Of a stretch of 64,000 bases of DNA, positions 46,696 through 60,603 are shown piece by piece (position 1 is the first letter of the stretch; each line of letters starts with the position of its first letter). A program made the translations under genes and the position numbers. Below the pieces are notes generated by a model. That model had not been told where the DNA came from and did not search any database. It saw only the letters and a program-made list of their open reading frames with translations. Where the stretch lies: assembly GCA_028534125.1 (NCBI GenBank), contig CM052818.1, positions 39,372,001-39,436,000 of the forward strand, read 5' to 3'. This DNA is from Lama glama (taxonomy: Eukaryota).

Positions 46696-48764
46696 AGTCC
46701 TTTGTGGTTTTAAAATGCTTCCTTCTTTTCTTTCTCCTGGATCCAGGATATTTTGAAACCTGTTCCTTGCCAGCTTTCTAAGATGCCTTCCCTTGCTTTG
46801 CTACATAACATATTCTGTTCTTGGCCTGCATCTGTGACCCCTCCCTCCAGGTTTCGGCACATCCCTGGGGCAAAACACATGGACATGAGAAAGATCAGGA
46901 ATCAAAGGGACACATGTCCATGCATTGTGTTTTGGCTGAATGTTCAGCCTTCAGCTAGGCTGGAAATCCATTCAGGGCTCGATAGATCATCGTGCGTGGA
47001 TGCATTCAAGATGCCACTTCTGTCAATGGCGTTCTGGTCATTTCTGTGGTTCTTGTCCTAACCCAAGAAAGGGAACACAGTGTGTGCTCAGTTAGTAAGT
47101 GTTGGGTGGATGAATGATGGGGTCACTTGACTTTCCATGATTGCTGCTTTCAGCAGAGTTACTGTACAGGAAATAGACAAGACTCATGTCTGCTGGCTTT
47201 CTGCACAGTGAGTTCTAAATGTTTGGTTGGTCTCAGATTTCCTAGGACAGCTGGGGGCCCCCTAGGCAATACTGTTTTTCAATAATAAAGACTAATTAAT
47301 TAATTATCCAATTCATCTACCAGATGTTTATTGATACCTACCACATGCCCATCCCTCTTTTTAGGTATGGCAGATAGAGCGGTGGATAATACCGCGTCCC
47401 TGCCCTCACGGAGCCTACATTCCAGTAAAGTTAGGACCCACTGAGAAGCATCATGGGCCCACAAATGTCTGCTGGTTGATTTTTCCTTGTGTAATGCGTT
47501 AATTTAGAAAACATTTAAAGCTCTGTTGTACTCATAACCTTTCAGCTATCAGGTTACTGCTCCATTTTTAGGAAGAACATTTACCCAACTACCAAATCAT
47601 CAAAACTCTGCAGGGAAACTTTTCTTATTCAGAAACACTCCCATAACATCTGTGATTCATACCATTTGTTTCATGTAAAGCAGGGATTCCTACTGAAGAT
47701 TGCGAGCAGGTTAGATTTGGCACCAATTGAAGTACAAGTTGGGGCTGAAACCTCAAGACCGCAAGGCCCTCGCAGGGGAAAGCCATTAGCATATGCACGA
47801 CTCCCATGTCTTCTGTTTATAGGTCTCTTGTCAAAGCGAATGATTTTTCACTTTGGTGAAAACTCCTAACTTGCCGAGAGTTCCTGCTGTAAAGTACGAA
47901 TGTCGGAGATCCAAACAAATCTCTGGGATTCTTACATACCACTATCTTCAGAAAAGGTAGGCATTCTTTAAACGGGGAGAAGACTGCCGGGACCCAGAAA
48001 CCCCAGCTCAAGAATTTGCTCACTGTTCTTTCCTCCTTTCCACGACCGCTCGTATTTGGTCCCTCCCCGTGGAGCGCAGAGGTGTGACTGTGAAATCAGG
48101 ATTCTGCTTTTCACGTGTGGCATGGGTAAACTTCCTCCTGATGTAAAGTCATTACACTTTTAATTTAATTGTCCCCCCCCAGGCAGCTAAGAGGGGGAAA
48201 GGCATCCAAGTTTCACTCCGGTTGAGTTTAGCTGGCTTTGCCTGCGGGAGGTGCGAACCGCTCTGGGCCGTGGTAGCCGTGAAGGGTCCAAACATCTCAA
48301 TGCTTTCCACTTCTTGATTTGAGCGGCGAAGTATTTCATGAGGCTTTATATTTAACACTGGGGATACTTTCTGAAAAAGAACAAAAACATCGCCTCCTCT
48401 GCGCTCATTTTACTAGCTTGGTTCTGCCTGTGAAGTGCACATGCCCACCCAGACGCTGGGTAGCTAGCCTGCCCAGAGTGGGGTCTCAGCTCCCACCCCC
48501 TGGCTGTTGGCCTAAAATGCATTTGGCCTTCTTGCTCTTCCGTCAAGAGGGGCGCCAACATTTTGCAGCTGATGTGTTTGGAGTAAAAATGTTTACAGGC
48601 CCAGAGGAGCATTAGCAGCATTGCAAATGCTTTTTATTAAGACTGAGAATGAAGCTGAATTATAGCCTTTTCTGCTTATGGTCTTGGGGAGTTGGATTTT
48701 TCTGTTTTGCTGTTGATGTGGCTGGAAGCAGGAGCTCAGTTCCTAATGAGGGAAATTGCTGACA

Positions 48765-49150
48765 TTCATACGATTTGTTTATTGAGCATCAGAGCAGTAG
48801 GACAGATTCAGAAGGAGTTCTTTGGGAGTTTTGAGGAGAAGATGATAATTACTCATGAAGAGAAGCAGAAGTCTTCCTGGAGGAAGCTGATGCGTCTGGA
48901 GGATGAAAGAGCTCAGCAATCAACCAAGGGGGATGGTTGTGACGGAGGAAGAAAACTCTTGGCAGAAGGAGAGGAGAGGCTGGAGTGGCTGTAGCACAGA
49001 GTAAAGGCTGGGGAGTGAGCAGGACATAGGCTGAAAAGGGAGCTGAGCTGAGATTGCAGAAAGATTCACAAATGGACGCGTGTGAAATTTGTTAATAGTA
49101 TTGGAGAGCCTTTAGAGTTTTGTGTGAATCTATGGTTTGAAGGGACAGCT
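48765..49150 (-). mobile_element. LINE-2 fragment
   Basis: TGTTTATTGAGCATC...GAAGTCTTCCTGGAGGAAG...GGCTGGAGTGGCTGTAGCACAGAG..GGAGAGCCTTTAGAG. Confidence 0.55.
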
Positions 49151-51944
49151 TCTCTATCTCTTGATCCTGTGGCTGTGCACCATAGCTGTCTGTTGGGATC
49201 TGGAGAACACAGTCCACATCAGGCCTGCCAGACTCAGCATCACGGGGTCCCTGGTGGAACGGAGGTTGGGCCCGCGTGGTCAGCTGAGTCCACCTGCACT
49301 GAGGAGTTCTTGCTGTGATGACATCTGAATGGTATTCTTCAACATGTGGCTTCGGGCAAGCTCTCCAAAGGATGAAATAGCCAGACCAAGCCAGTCCTGT
49401 GAGTGGAGTGTATTCAGACTCATTCAACAATGACACTGACATCTTTGTAGTTTCCTATGATGTGTGTGACCCAGAGGTCATTGCAAACCCTCCCAGCCCA
49501 GGGAGCCTGGGTGCTGAGTCTCAGCCTTTGCTTGGTGTTCTCTTCCAGACTTGCCACATCTTGGAGTGTATGTCTGCCCACACCATTGGATGGAGTTGTT
49601 CACCGACCCCATCTCCTTTTTTCTGGGTATTCTCTAGAGTCTTGTTTCTCCATCATTGTTGGGTGAATGAAGGGAGTAGCAGAAAGTCTTGTAAGACAGA
49701 TAGACAGATGTGCTGGCTGTCTGGAGGCTCGCAGGAGAGCCTCTCAGCGTCCGCTGCTGAAGGACGCCTGGAGTCTGCTCAGTGGCTGGGAAGGATGCTG
49801 CCTCCTCTGCCAATGATGGGAAAGCTGACCCTGCTCCTGGTTCCAGTGCCTCGGGGGGGCTGCTTGGTGTGAGACTAAGTCAAGGGTCTGCAACCACCCC
49901 CAGTCCCAGGCCATAAAAACTCTGCAGCCAGGTCATGTGCAGTCCCGCATAAAAAACAGTCATATTACTGAGCAATAATCCCACATCGTAAGGTTTATCT
50001 TCTGGATTCCAGGCCCACGTCTCAGGACTCCAGTCTGGCCTTGGGCTGTGCACAGAGAAGGGGGAGCCATGGATGGTCTGGGTAGGATGTTTAAAGTGGT
50101 GCTGATTCTAGCCTGGGTTTTGTTTAGCTTGGTTAAACTCTCAGATGCATGGCGATTAAATCAGAAACAGTTCATGGTACTGTTTGTATGGGAAAATTGC
50201 CTGTGTGGGATTTTTATGTTCTAACCTACTTGTAACAGAAAGATAGCTGTTCTCTCTGTGATACAATCAGCCGTGACCTACTGGAAAGACTGTTAGAGCA
50301 GGGGTCCAACTCCTGGGTTCTCGTCCCCCTGTCACTCTCTTGCTCAGTGACCTCAGATGCGTCTCTTCCCAGCGGGTTTCCGTTTTCACACCTGTAGGAT
50401 GGGGTGGTTGGACTAGATGGTCTTTGAGGTTCCTCCACCTTTGGGAAGTGGATCATGACAACACAGAATTTTTTTCAAGAAACTTGGAAACAGCAGGAGG
50501 ACATCTTAGAAAACTGATGTAAAATGTCACTTTTGAAAATTCCCCTGTACAAACCTCATGATTAAATGTTTTGCCAAACTGGTTTTGGGTGGGCCCAGGG
50601 TCAGTGAATCAGAAACAGAAACCTGAATTTGTCCTGGGAATTCTTGGTTGTCGGAATCAAGTGCCTATGTGAGTCCCTTCAGCCTTTCCCGAGGGTAAGA
50701 AGAACAAAGATCAGAGAGGCTGAGGGACAGACTTTTTAGAACAACAGGCAGTTCTTTATGGAGCACACGCCATGTGCCCAGCCCTTTGGCTGGCAGCTGA
50801 AGATGGGCCTAACCTCGCTGGGTGGGGACAAGTCGTGGGCCCATGGCAAGTGTGTGGTGGGAGACTGGACAGTCCCGGGTGCCTCTGTGGGCTGCCTGCA
50901 TGTGTTTCCACGGCAGCTGTAGGGTTGCGCCCTGTCTGAATGGCAGAGGGCCCTTCTGCTGCTGGGGTGACCAGTCTCCCTGTTTTCTCGGAACTGAGGA
51001 TTTTCCTGGGACGGGACACTTTCAGTGTTAAAACAAGAGCATTCCAGGCAAACTGGGATGGCTGGTCACCCTACCTGCCACTGATCTGGCTTAGGAGGAG
51101 CTGTGATTAATGGGCCTGCAGTAGCATTCATTGCATCCGTTACCTCCCCTGGGGCTTGTTAATCAGTGGGAAAGAAGCAGAAAATCATACTGGCGTGGGT
51201 TTCTGGGTTCTTGACCCAAAGGCAATCCCTGTGAGTGCTTGTAAGTAAACAGACTCTCAGACAGTTCCCTCCTCCAGCTGGTAATGACCTTGAGGCAAGG
51301 AAAGGTTGATTCCATGGGGCTAGGTGGCCCCCTGCTATTGAGAAGTGTTTCATTATCCCACATGGAGCTGAGGCTGGCCTCTGGTTGGTGGGGGATCACG
51401 TATCTGTGGCTCAGCCTCGGGGGGAGCTATGCCCCAAACAAAGCCACAACCATCTTGGCAGAATGATTTAATGAGCTGGGAGTATCCTCAAGAAACAGCA
51501 GGCCTTCATTCAGCCAGAAACAAAACAATACTGCCCATAGCAGAGATAAACCCTTTCTTCTCATTGGAGTATCCTTTCCCATCTAAGGCAGGTAGAGCAG
51601 TTTCAGCCCATTTACCAGATGACAAGACTGAGGCTAGGAGGTGTAAAGGGTCTTGCCCAGGAATCGTAGGTAAATGAGAGCCCCAGATCTGTCCTTCCCA
51701 GGACATCATGGAGATGTGCTAATGCCCTAAGTGGTACCCGACAAGCACCCTTGGGATTAGAGGGAGGATTCTGTAGCAAGTGCTGTAGCCCCTCTGCTTT
51801 CGGAGGAGACGTGAGTGTGTGAAGGAGGAGGAAGAAGAGGAGAAGGGGTCCCTCTGGGATGTTCTGAGGATGGAACAGCACCATGTGGGCACCATCTGCT
51901 TCTCTGGAGAATGAAGGCATATTTACTGGGTACCCAGCATGTTC

Positions 51945-52420
51945 CAGGTGTAACAGTTAGGAAGTGGATGATTGATTTAAGGAAATAGGGCTTATTTTAC
52001 TCAGTTCAACAAGAAGCCCAGGGATGGAGTCCAGGGCTGCTGCTGGGGTGTTGATACCACCATTATTGCAGGCACCTTCCCTGCACAGAGTGTGGCTTTT
52101 ATCCTCAGGGGTCTTTCGTGGGTCAGAAAGTGGCAGCTGCAGCCCAGCCTCCCGTCCACATCACAGGCAGGAAGATGCCTAAGGAAGCTTGTGTTGAAAC
52201 GGGCAGCTCGTGTGTCAGGAAAGAAACTTCATACACAGATGGCAGATGGACTCCCACTGAGGTCTCCTGGCTGGAACTCCGTGCTGTGGCCCCTGAGCAG
52301 TAGGGAAGCCTGGGAAGGCAGGTCTTCGGCTGACTGCCTTCCTGCACTGAGCAGTACTGAGTTTCTTTAGGAAGGAAGAGGGGGAGGATGGATATTGGTC
52401 GGCAGTGAGCGGGGTTGGCC
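51945..52420 (-). mobile_element. MaLR solo LTR (MLT1J-like)
   Basis: Ends TAGGAAGGAAGAGGGGGAGGATGGATATTGGTCGGCAG, the reverse complement of the MLT1J start; internal GGGAAGCCTGGGAAGGCAGGTCTT. Confidence 0.7.
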
Positions 52421-54109
52421 ATGCCAGGCCTGGCTAAGCTGTGCTTGGGGGTGGTGCGAGCGAAGGGAATTTAAATGATCACAGAATCAGAGGTTCAGGG
52501 GCCTTGATTCTGGGATTGTGTGTGTGTGTGTACCCACATGCATGTGCGTGTGTATATGTACAACTCTTGACTTCTCAGAATTCACATTTGATTGCAGAGA
52601 CAAAACAATGACCCATAAAACTGAATACTGATCAGTTAAACTTTGTGGCCAGCCCAGGACTCTTTGAAGGGCAGGCCTGTGCTTTGCTGGAGGTGGGGCT
52701 CAGGCGGAATGGGGAGAAAGAGGGGCTCCACTGGTGGGTGACTTTCTCCTTCTGGAGCTGGAAAGATGCCTCCGAGGTTTGGAGCAGAGAGGGGGTCCTG
52801 AGGGATGGCTCCACCCATCAGCTGTGTAAATGCTTTTGGGGTGGGTCACAGCCTAGTCTCAGCGAACTTATTTATCCTTATCATCTCCTAGGTGCCATAT
52901 TGTAATATTTCCACATACTTTCACATTTCATCTCATTTGCTCCTCCCCACGGGTGTGTGAGGCAGGCAGGCTGGGACGTTATTCCTTCTTTAGAGGACAA
53001 GAGAATTGAGGCCCAGAGAGAGGAAGGAGCCTTACTCAGTAAGCTGCTCGGAGGCCTCTCACCTCAGACACCAAACCCAGGTTCCCCGAGGTCCTTTTAC
53101 TCAAGTACAAGGTGGGAAACTCCAGTTTCCCGGAGCTCTGCTTCAGGCTTGCCTAAATCTGCCTTTATGTTCGGAGCACTGGGCACTCCACCTGCCAAGT
53201 CCCGGGGAATGTGGCGGGGCTGCTGTCCTGGGCCCTGACGTCCCCCGCGGACGGGGCAGCACTAACAGAGTGGGCTGCTGGAGGCCTAATTCTGGCCTCT
53301 GGCTCTCCCCCAGTGCTTCCCAGGTCTTCTCACTCTGGGAAGCTGCATTTGCCCAGTCGTAACCCGCTCTCTTCCCTGACGTCTGGATCCCATGTCGACC
53401 CTAGATCTCACTCTGCACGTAGCCCTTTCATGACTCACTTTTCACCTCTTGCTCTATAGGTGCTACTGTCCTACGTTTCCATCTGTCCTGCTAACAGACC
53501 AGCCCTGGAATCTGGCCCCAAGTTTCAGATTTAAGCTCTACCTCAGATTCAAGCACTGCCCCGCCTGTTGGCTGTGTTTCCTCCCTCACTCATGCATCAC
53601 ACACATGCACATGCAGGAACTCACTCATGCATCACACACGCACACACACACACTCATTCACACAGTCTCAAGAGCCAGGCACTGAGCAGGTCTGGGGAAA
53701 GAGGGGAAACTAGGATCAGGCTGACACCGTCCTTGCCCTCCAGAGCCTCCCAGTCAAGGCTGATTTTGCCCATACCTAAGCTTGAGTTCCAGCAGGATCT
53801 GGTCTCAGGCATGAGCTCTGGTCTGGTCAGGAAGGGGCCAAGACAGCCACTGTAGTTTGGGTACAGAAATTCAAGGAAGATCCAGACATTCCTCTACCCT
53901 GGGAGCAAACCAGCCATTCAGGATACAGGACAGGTCATAACAGGAGTCCAGAATAAGCCAGATGTACCCCAGAGGGCTGGAGGGATAAGGGGAAAAGACA
54001 TTAGTTTAACACTGAAGACCAGCTTATTTTGCTTGTTGAAAAAGATGATCATGACTCAGCCCATAGGAGGCACTCATAGCTCAGAAAGTGCCAGCTCATC
54101 CCAACCAAG

Positions 54110-54420
54110 TGGGGAAATGCTTCTCTGGGACTGCCATTTCTCTCTTCCATACCTGTCGAACTCTTACCCACACGTCAAGGCCCACTCAAGCATGCCCTTC
54201 TGTGTGAAGCTTATTTTCACACCACAGGTAGAATGATTTCTTCTTTTTCTGTGCTTTCACAGCACTTCTGAAAAATAATACCTTTATTATAATTCTTTGT
54301 TTGCTTGCTGGTATGTCCTCCCACCAGGCTCCTTGAGGTCAAGGCCATGTCTTTCTCATCTCAGTGTTCCTAGGGCTTAGCTCGGGCTTGGAACAAAGGA
54401 GGTGCTCAGTGAAAGATGTG
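54110..54420 (+). mobile_element. LINE-2 3' fragment
   Basis: GCTCCTTGAGGTCAAGGCCATGTCTTTCTCATCTCAGTGTTCCTAGGGCTTAGC...AGGTGCTCAGTGAA. Confidence 0.7.
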
Positions 54421-56199
54421 GCCTGTAATGACATCTACTGTTACTGCCAGGAGTCTGTTAGCCTTCCCTTCACCTGCAGTCCCCTGGGCTGCACTGTAGC
54501 TGGTAGCTGCCCTGACCACTTCCCCACTCACTGCCCAGAGCCCGGACACGCTATCACCCCAGTGCAAAGCTCTGAGTTGCTAATAGCCCTGCCCCCAGCA
54601 GGGCCATTAGTAGATGCCCTTGGGGGTGGAGGGCCATGAGCCCAGCTCCAGAGGCCTGGCGGTACCATTACTGAGTGGGATGTGTTTACCCAGCCTCTGT
54701 AACCCACATGTGCTGTTCCCAGCTGCCCTCTGTGTGAACCTGGCACAGTATTTTAGTGTGTCCTGTAGAATAATATTGAGAGAACGAACAAATCAGTGGC
54801 AGAACCTTCTGAGATTTGCCTAATTGCAACTCAAATTGTTCCCACATTGGAAATTACATGGCTAAGATGCCTTTTGGGGAACTGAATATTAGGAGCCCAG
54901 GAAGGTCAGCCAACAATGAGTTGCTGGGTTTTTTTTTTCCCTCCATGAACTCTTACCGAGACATTTTCCTGCAATGAGACATGTATAGGTTGACTCAAAA
55001 CAGATTTCACAATCACTTTATCCAATTTTGGACGACTTAATTCGGCAATTCACGTAACCCTCTTTAATCAGCCTCACGTCCCGGGGCGGCTGTGGTCTCA
55101 GACACTCCCACGTAGATGTCACTCAGGGCAGCGCCTGAGTGCAGAGGCCGTGGTCAGTCCCTGCTGTGGCTCTGGGAACTGGGACCGGGTCTAGGATTCT
55201 TAGCGACCCTGGATCTCTGCGAGGGCCCCAGCCGGCCAGGGGACCTGTGATTCTGTTTCTTGGGCGTGCACATACCTCATGCCCCGTGCAGGGCTGTGTC
55301 CAGGGATGATGGAAGTTAAAAAGTGATTTGTGTGCCAAGATTGTTGCAGTTTTGACACTGTTGCGAAGAGTGTGGAGGCCTTTGGGTTTTTGACTCTGAC
55401 ATTAAATAAAAATATATTGGCTATGTGCCTAGCTCAGAGTCCTTAGGGGGAAAGTAATTTCTTTTCCTTCTTTGTCTTTACAGCTCTGGGGGAACCATAT
55501 CCCCGGAATTAGCTGGGGAAGTAGGTCCAGGTGGTGTCACCCACACTGCCACCTCTCAGGGGCTGAGGAAGATGAAGAGTCTCTACTAGACTTCGGTTTG
55601 TCTAGCAGTTGCATCTGCAAGCCCTTAGCTATTGATTCAGCCCCGTCAGGTGAGGGGCTCTGGGGAAAGAGCACCCACATTTCACAGATGGGGCAACCGA
55701 GGCCGGAAGCACTCGAGTGATTTGTCCGAGGTCATGCAGGGAGTTCACGGCAGAGCCAGGTTAGGGCCAGTCTCCTACTCCTGGTCCTGGAGTTTGTTTC
55801 ATTTGGTTTTTCGTTAGGGAATCTGCCTCTTGCCTGCTTCCGTGAAACACTGTTGAGCAGTGGAGGCCCTGCTGGCCCTGAAGCACGGAGGCAGGGGCCA
55901 GAGGTGGCGTCTGCGCACCGCCCAGGAGCTAGACAGCTTGTTCTTGGGAGTTTTCTCGGGTCCCTGGGGATGTAGTCATTTAGTCGTTCTCTGCCCAAAG
56001 CCCTGCAGGCACCTGTTGCTCCTCTGGGCGGTCCCGGTTCCAGACCCGGTGTGTTCAGGGCCTCAGTGGGGAGGAGGGGCCCTGTGCGCCAGGGTGTCGT
56101 CCAGGTGCCCTGCATGGGTCATTTTATTCAGATGGCAGCTGAGTCAGTGCTGAGAGATTTCAGGGAAAGAGGGAATCAGTGTTGCCCGGATGGCAAGAA

Positions 56200-56425
56200 G
56201 TGAGTGTGTGTGAGAGAGACGTGTTTGCATGTGGTATTGTTTGTGGTGTGTGTAATGTATGGTGTGTTTTGTGTGTGTCTAGTGTGCGTGTGATAAGAGT
56301 ACACGAAGTGTGTGTGGGGTATCTGTGTGTACTGTGTGTGTTGTGTGTGTACACCTGGTATGTGTGTTGTGTGTATAGTGCATGTGGTGTTTTTCTCTCT
56401 AGTTTATGTGTGCACGTGTGTGCTT
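56200..56425. repeat. Degenerate (TG)n-rich low-complexity tract
   Basis: About 220 bp of imperfect TG repeats. Confidence 0.9.
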
Positions 56426-56879
56426 GGAGGGCAGTGGTCAGGGAAGTCTTCCTGGGGAGACCCATGGTAGAGCTGTGTCACACCCTGAAGGTGGGGCCCA
56501 TTTAGGCCGGGAGGGGGAGCATTTCCAGCAGTGGATAGTGGGGAAGGTAGGAGGGTGGAAGGTGGGTGGGAGGGCAGAGAAGGTGGGGGACAGGGGCTGC
56601 CGTGGTTGGCACTAAGGGGGCATGTTAGGAGACTGAGTTAGAAGGGTGAGCTGCTGTTGTCCAGACCAGCCTTCTCCAGGCCCTTGGTTCCCCATTTTAG
56701 CACATGGAGGCCTTTAAGCAGAGAAATAATATGATGAAAGAATGATGTGGATGGAAAGGAAGGGCAGTGCACCGTCTTACCTCCAGGGGTCACTGTGGGG
56801 CTTGGGTGCTGTGAACTGGGCAGGAGCCTTGAAAGTTTGATCGCCCCTGCCCCAGTCCAGCCATGTGCTGGCAGCTCCC

Positions 56880-57780
56880 CAGTTCTTTTCAATTTTCTGA
56901 ACTCGAACCTCACACACAGTTACCTCCTTAGCATCTCCACTTGGAAGGCCCATAGGCTCCAACGTAACACATCCCAAGCAGAGAACTTGAGTATTCCCTC
57001 TCAAACCTGTTCCACCTCAACACGTGGCCCCCCACCAGCTACCCAGTTACTCCACCTGGAAACCAAGACATCATCCTTCTCACTCCCCTTGCTCATCCCC
57101 ACACCCACTCATCACCAGTCTTTCTCAGATTTACCTGTTTCTTCACTGTGGTCTCTGTCCTAGTCTAGCTGCCATCATCTTTCCCTTAAACTCTGCAACT
57201 CACTCATCTCCTTAATATCATTCCAGAACCTCATCCAATCGACTGTCCCCAAGCAGCCAGATTGCTCTTTATCAAAATAAATCGGGCTGTGGGACTTTGT
57301 TGTGTGCGGCCCCGCGTTGGCTTCCCTTTGCTCCAGGACACGATGCTCTGTCCTTTCTGGCCTCCGTGGCATCCTGCCGGCTGCTCCCTCAAAGTCACCC
57401 TTGCTGCGCTCCCGCTGCTCACCATGCCTCGGCCGCTGGCTTCCTGTTGGGGCTTGGTGCCCCCGCCTTGTCCAGGGCCTTTGCTGACTGCTCTTTCTTG
57501 CACACCAGCCCTTCTTATGTTCCATGACAGGTTAAGTACAACTCTGCAGGGAGCGCTTCCACGTCCCCCTCCCACAGAGGCTGCTCTTTCCCTTGGAAGT
57601 CCTCATCGCACTTTGTGATTCCTATGGTTTCCTTGTTTGATGCCTGGCTGCCCCACTAGCATGTAGGCTCCCCGAGGGCAGGGGCTATGGCTGCATTGCC
57701 CACCAGCGTGAGCTCCACACCTGGCTTGGGGCCAGATGTGCGGGCATGTCTGCTGACTATTGAAGGGCTGGATAAACGAA
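56880..57780 (+). mobile_element. LINE-2 fragment(s)
   Basis: AGCATCTCCACTTGGAAGGCCCATAGG.TCCAAC.TAACACATCCCAAGCAGAG; CCAGGGCCTTTGC; GCTCCCCGAGGGCAGGGGCT. Confidence 0.7.
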
Positions 57781-60603
57781 CCGTGCTCTGCTCTCATTCT
57801 GTGATCATGCTCTCCTTCCCTCATCTCCCAGGATTTTGAAGGAGGATCCAGGGTTTGAGGATGGGGGCTCACAAGTGGCTCACACTGCTCTGCAGGAAGG
57901 GGCTGGGACTCTAGCCCACACAGGCTCCTGGAGACCCCTCAGGCGCCTGGGATGGAGCCAGTAGCCAGAGACTCTCACCCCAAACCCTCCTCATCCACTG
58001 AATTCCCTGAGTGACTCAGAGGTTCACTCCCAGTGCCTTCCAGAGAAGTGGCTGTGGGCTCATGGGTTTTCAGACTGCAATTCCCATCTTTGGATCAGGA
58101 AAATAAGGTTGCAGGAGGCTGATCTGGGACTTCAAAAAAAAGCCACCCAGGCCTTTTCTTTCTCTTATAACTTGAGATTCTCTCAACTTCCCAACCCATG
58201 CATACAAATAAAGTCACATTAAGAGCAATAATCTGAATTTATTGCTCCCTTCCCACTTTGGTTTATAGGGTCACGACTCCCTTGCAAAGTTCCCACCAAA
58301 TATTTCTGGATCCCCCAGCATGTCTGGTGCATGCTTATGAGCTTGTGTGGACCTCTCCTTCTAGGATCTGCTGCCCTGTGCCCTGTGTGTCCCTCTCTCC
58401 ATGGGGCCCTGGCATGCTGCCTAAGCCTGGCTTCTGCCCACTGTCATCTGTGGGTGGCCACAGCTTTCTGTTGCTCACCCCGGATGCCCTGCCCTCTCCT
58501 GTCAGAAACTGTGGTCCCACCAGCCACGCTCTGCACTGGAGTGTGGGGCCCTCACGGTGTGGAAACTGAGCCCTGGTCTGTGTCCTTTTCAGCTACCAGC
58601 TTGTCGTAAAGAATTTAAAGACTGTAAACACGAATCTCTAGGACTAGACTTGGGAGGGACACAACCATTTAGAACCCTTTTTTGCTAAGGTGGGCAAACC
58701 TTACAGCCAGGTCTACATGGTTGAGTCTTGCTTTAGGACAAATTCTCTCCCTGAAAGCAGTTCAGTTCCTTATGCTGTTCGATTTCTGGGAAATTTTCCC
58801 CGAGTGTGCTTAGTAGGGTTGAGCTGGGACCCCTGCTGTTTACCACTGTCGTCTGGGAGGAGCTGAGCTCAGGGGTCCAGGGGCATTGAAAGTAATATCC
58901 ATGCTACAGGCTGAGACACTGACTCTGCTTGCCTGCTGTCTGGTGGAAGACACCAGGCAGATGAGGCAAACATTGGTTCCTCAGTAAATCTCTCTGCACT
59001 TTGCTTGTGCTGCTGGAACCCATCTGAGGAAATTCCATGATTCTTGTTTCTTCCCTTTGCAAACATACATTTTGCATTTTTGCATGTCCGGCCATCTTCT
59101 GGCTTACCTCTTGGATTTCTCACCTGGACACACAACATGCAGGAAAATCAAATATTCCCAAGTTCAGGTTGGAATGCCCCTTGGGAAGCTGCAGAATTCC
59201 GAGGAGACGCCATGGATTTTTGTCTTAAGTAGATTATAGCCTGAGAGCCCTCCAAGTTGTCTCAGGAACTATAAACATCTCTGAACAAGACCATACAGCT
59301 GGGCATCTGCAGGGGAGCCCAAGGCGGGAGTAATGATTGGCAGAAAGCTTTGGGGCTGGTGGGAATTTTGGGATCTGGCTCCTCCAGTCAAACGGGGGAC
59401 CCTGTTTCTGAAGTTGGTTCGATGGGAAGGTGGCTTGTCAGTGACAAGTTGCGTGGTCATGCCCAAGGGTGAATCACCTGCTGTAGCTGGCACTGTGTCC
59501 CCAAGTCCCTTCCACCGGCTGGAGGCACCTTTGCTCGGCTCACTTTCGTTGGCAAAGCTGATGCACATGGAATCTTTCTTACAGAGCTAAAGGCTGTTAT
59601 CTTGCTAGGAGAGAGCCAAGAGTTTTCTCTGGGTTTCTAGCCCATGAGGGAGAGTCCTTCAAGGCATCACTGTTGGAATCATTCTGCGGCTAATAATCCA
59701 ATTCAACATGCATGGAATTTCCTCCTCTGTGCCAGATGCCAAGATGAGGGGGAAACAGAGGTGGTTTTGAGATGGTTCTTGCCCAGAAGGTCATAGTGAT
59801 CAGAATACAGAGTGGTGGTGCAGAAAAATCATTCCAGCAGTGTGGTAGACATTGTCTATTCACTTTCACTGGACCATAAATTGTTTGAGATTCTGATGGG
59901 AGTAGTGGATTCATTTGTACGAATGTACAAATACACCCCTCCCGACCATGTATTATGTCCTAGTTCAGGGATCCCTTAAGTCAGAACTTCAGGATGAAAA
60001 GTTCATCCAAGAGGATAGACTGAGGGAGTGGCTAGAGGGACACCTGCCTGTGAGCTTTTGTATTATTTCAGGCAAGGGACAAGCTGATCTAGGGAAGATA
60101 ATCCTGTTGGGATAGAAGAGGCTGAAGTAGATGCAGGATCTGAGGGTGCAGGTGGCGAAGAGGACATGAAAAAGAAGACTCAGTTTTCTCATCTGGATGA
60201 TGGGATAGAAAGTGGTGTCATCAACGTGGAAGACACAGATTCCCCTTCATCACTGACCAGGAGCAGGGACATAGTGCCAGACAGTACAGTGGAATGGGGC
60301 AGGGATAGAACGGGGGACCTTGGGAGCCATGGAAGAGGGGACAGGTGAAGGGCACCTTTCTCTTTAGCCTAGTTGTGCTGCCCTGGGCAGAGGTGGCTCC
60401 ACTGGATGGCCTGTTCTCGCCATGCTCTCAGCCTTGGGGGTGTGGTTTTATCTCTGATGCGCAGGCTGGCCTTGGGCATAGCCAAACACCTCAGCCAGGC
60501 TGGTGTCAGGAAACAGACTTATCTACAACATCATGCTGTGGCTGGGATAGAGTGTTACATTCTGTTCATGGGACTGTGGGTTGTCGGGGGCACGTCAGAA
60601 TCC

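Noticed and set aside
55583..55608. Hairpin CTAGAC-TTCGGTTT-GTCTAG as a structured RNA or terminator
   Set aside because: The stem is too short to be distinguished from chance and is not pre-miRNA length.
56160..56505. His/Thr-rich and Cys/Val-rich ORFs
   Set aside because: Translations of the TG low-complexity tract.
60110..60348. Acidic, protein-looking ORF (..EEAEVDAGSEG..MKKKTQFSHLDDG..)
   Set aside because: Purine-rich sequence resembling reverse-strand L2; no splice context or known family.
1..60603. About 20 AP-1 heptamers (TGA[C/G]TCA) counted by eye
   Set aside because: TG/CA excess from CpG decay inflates the expectation; enrichment cannot be claimed without a background model.
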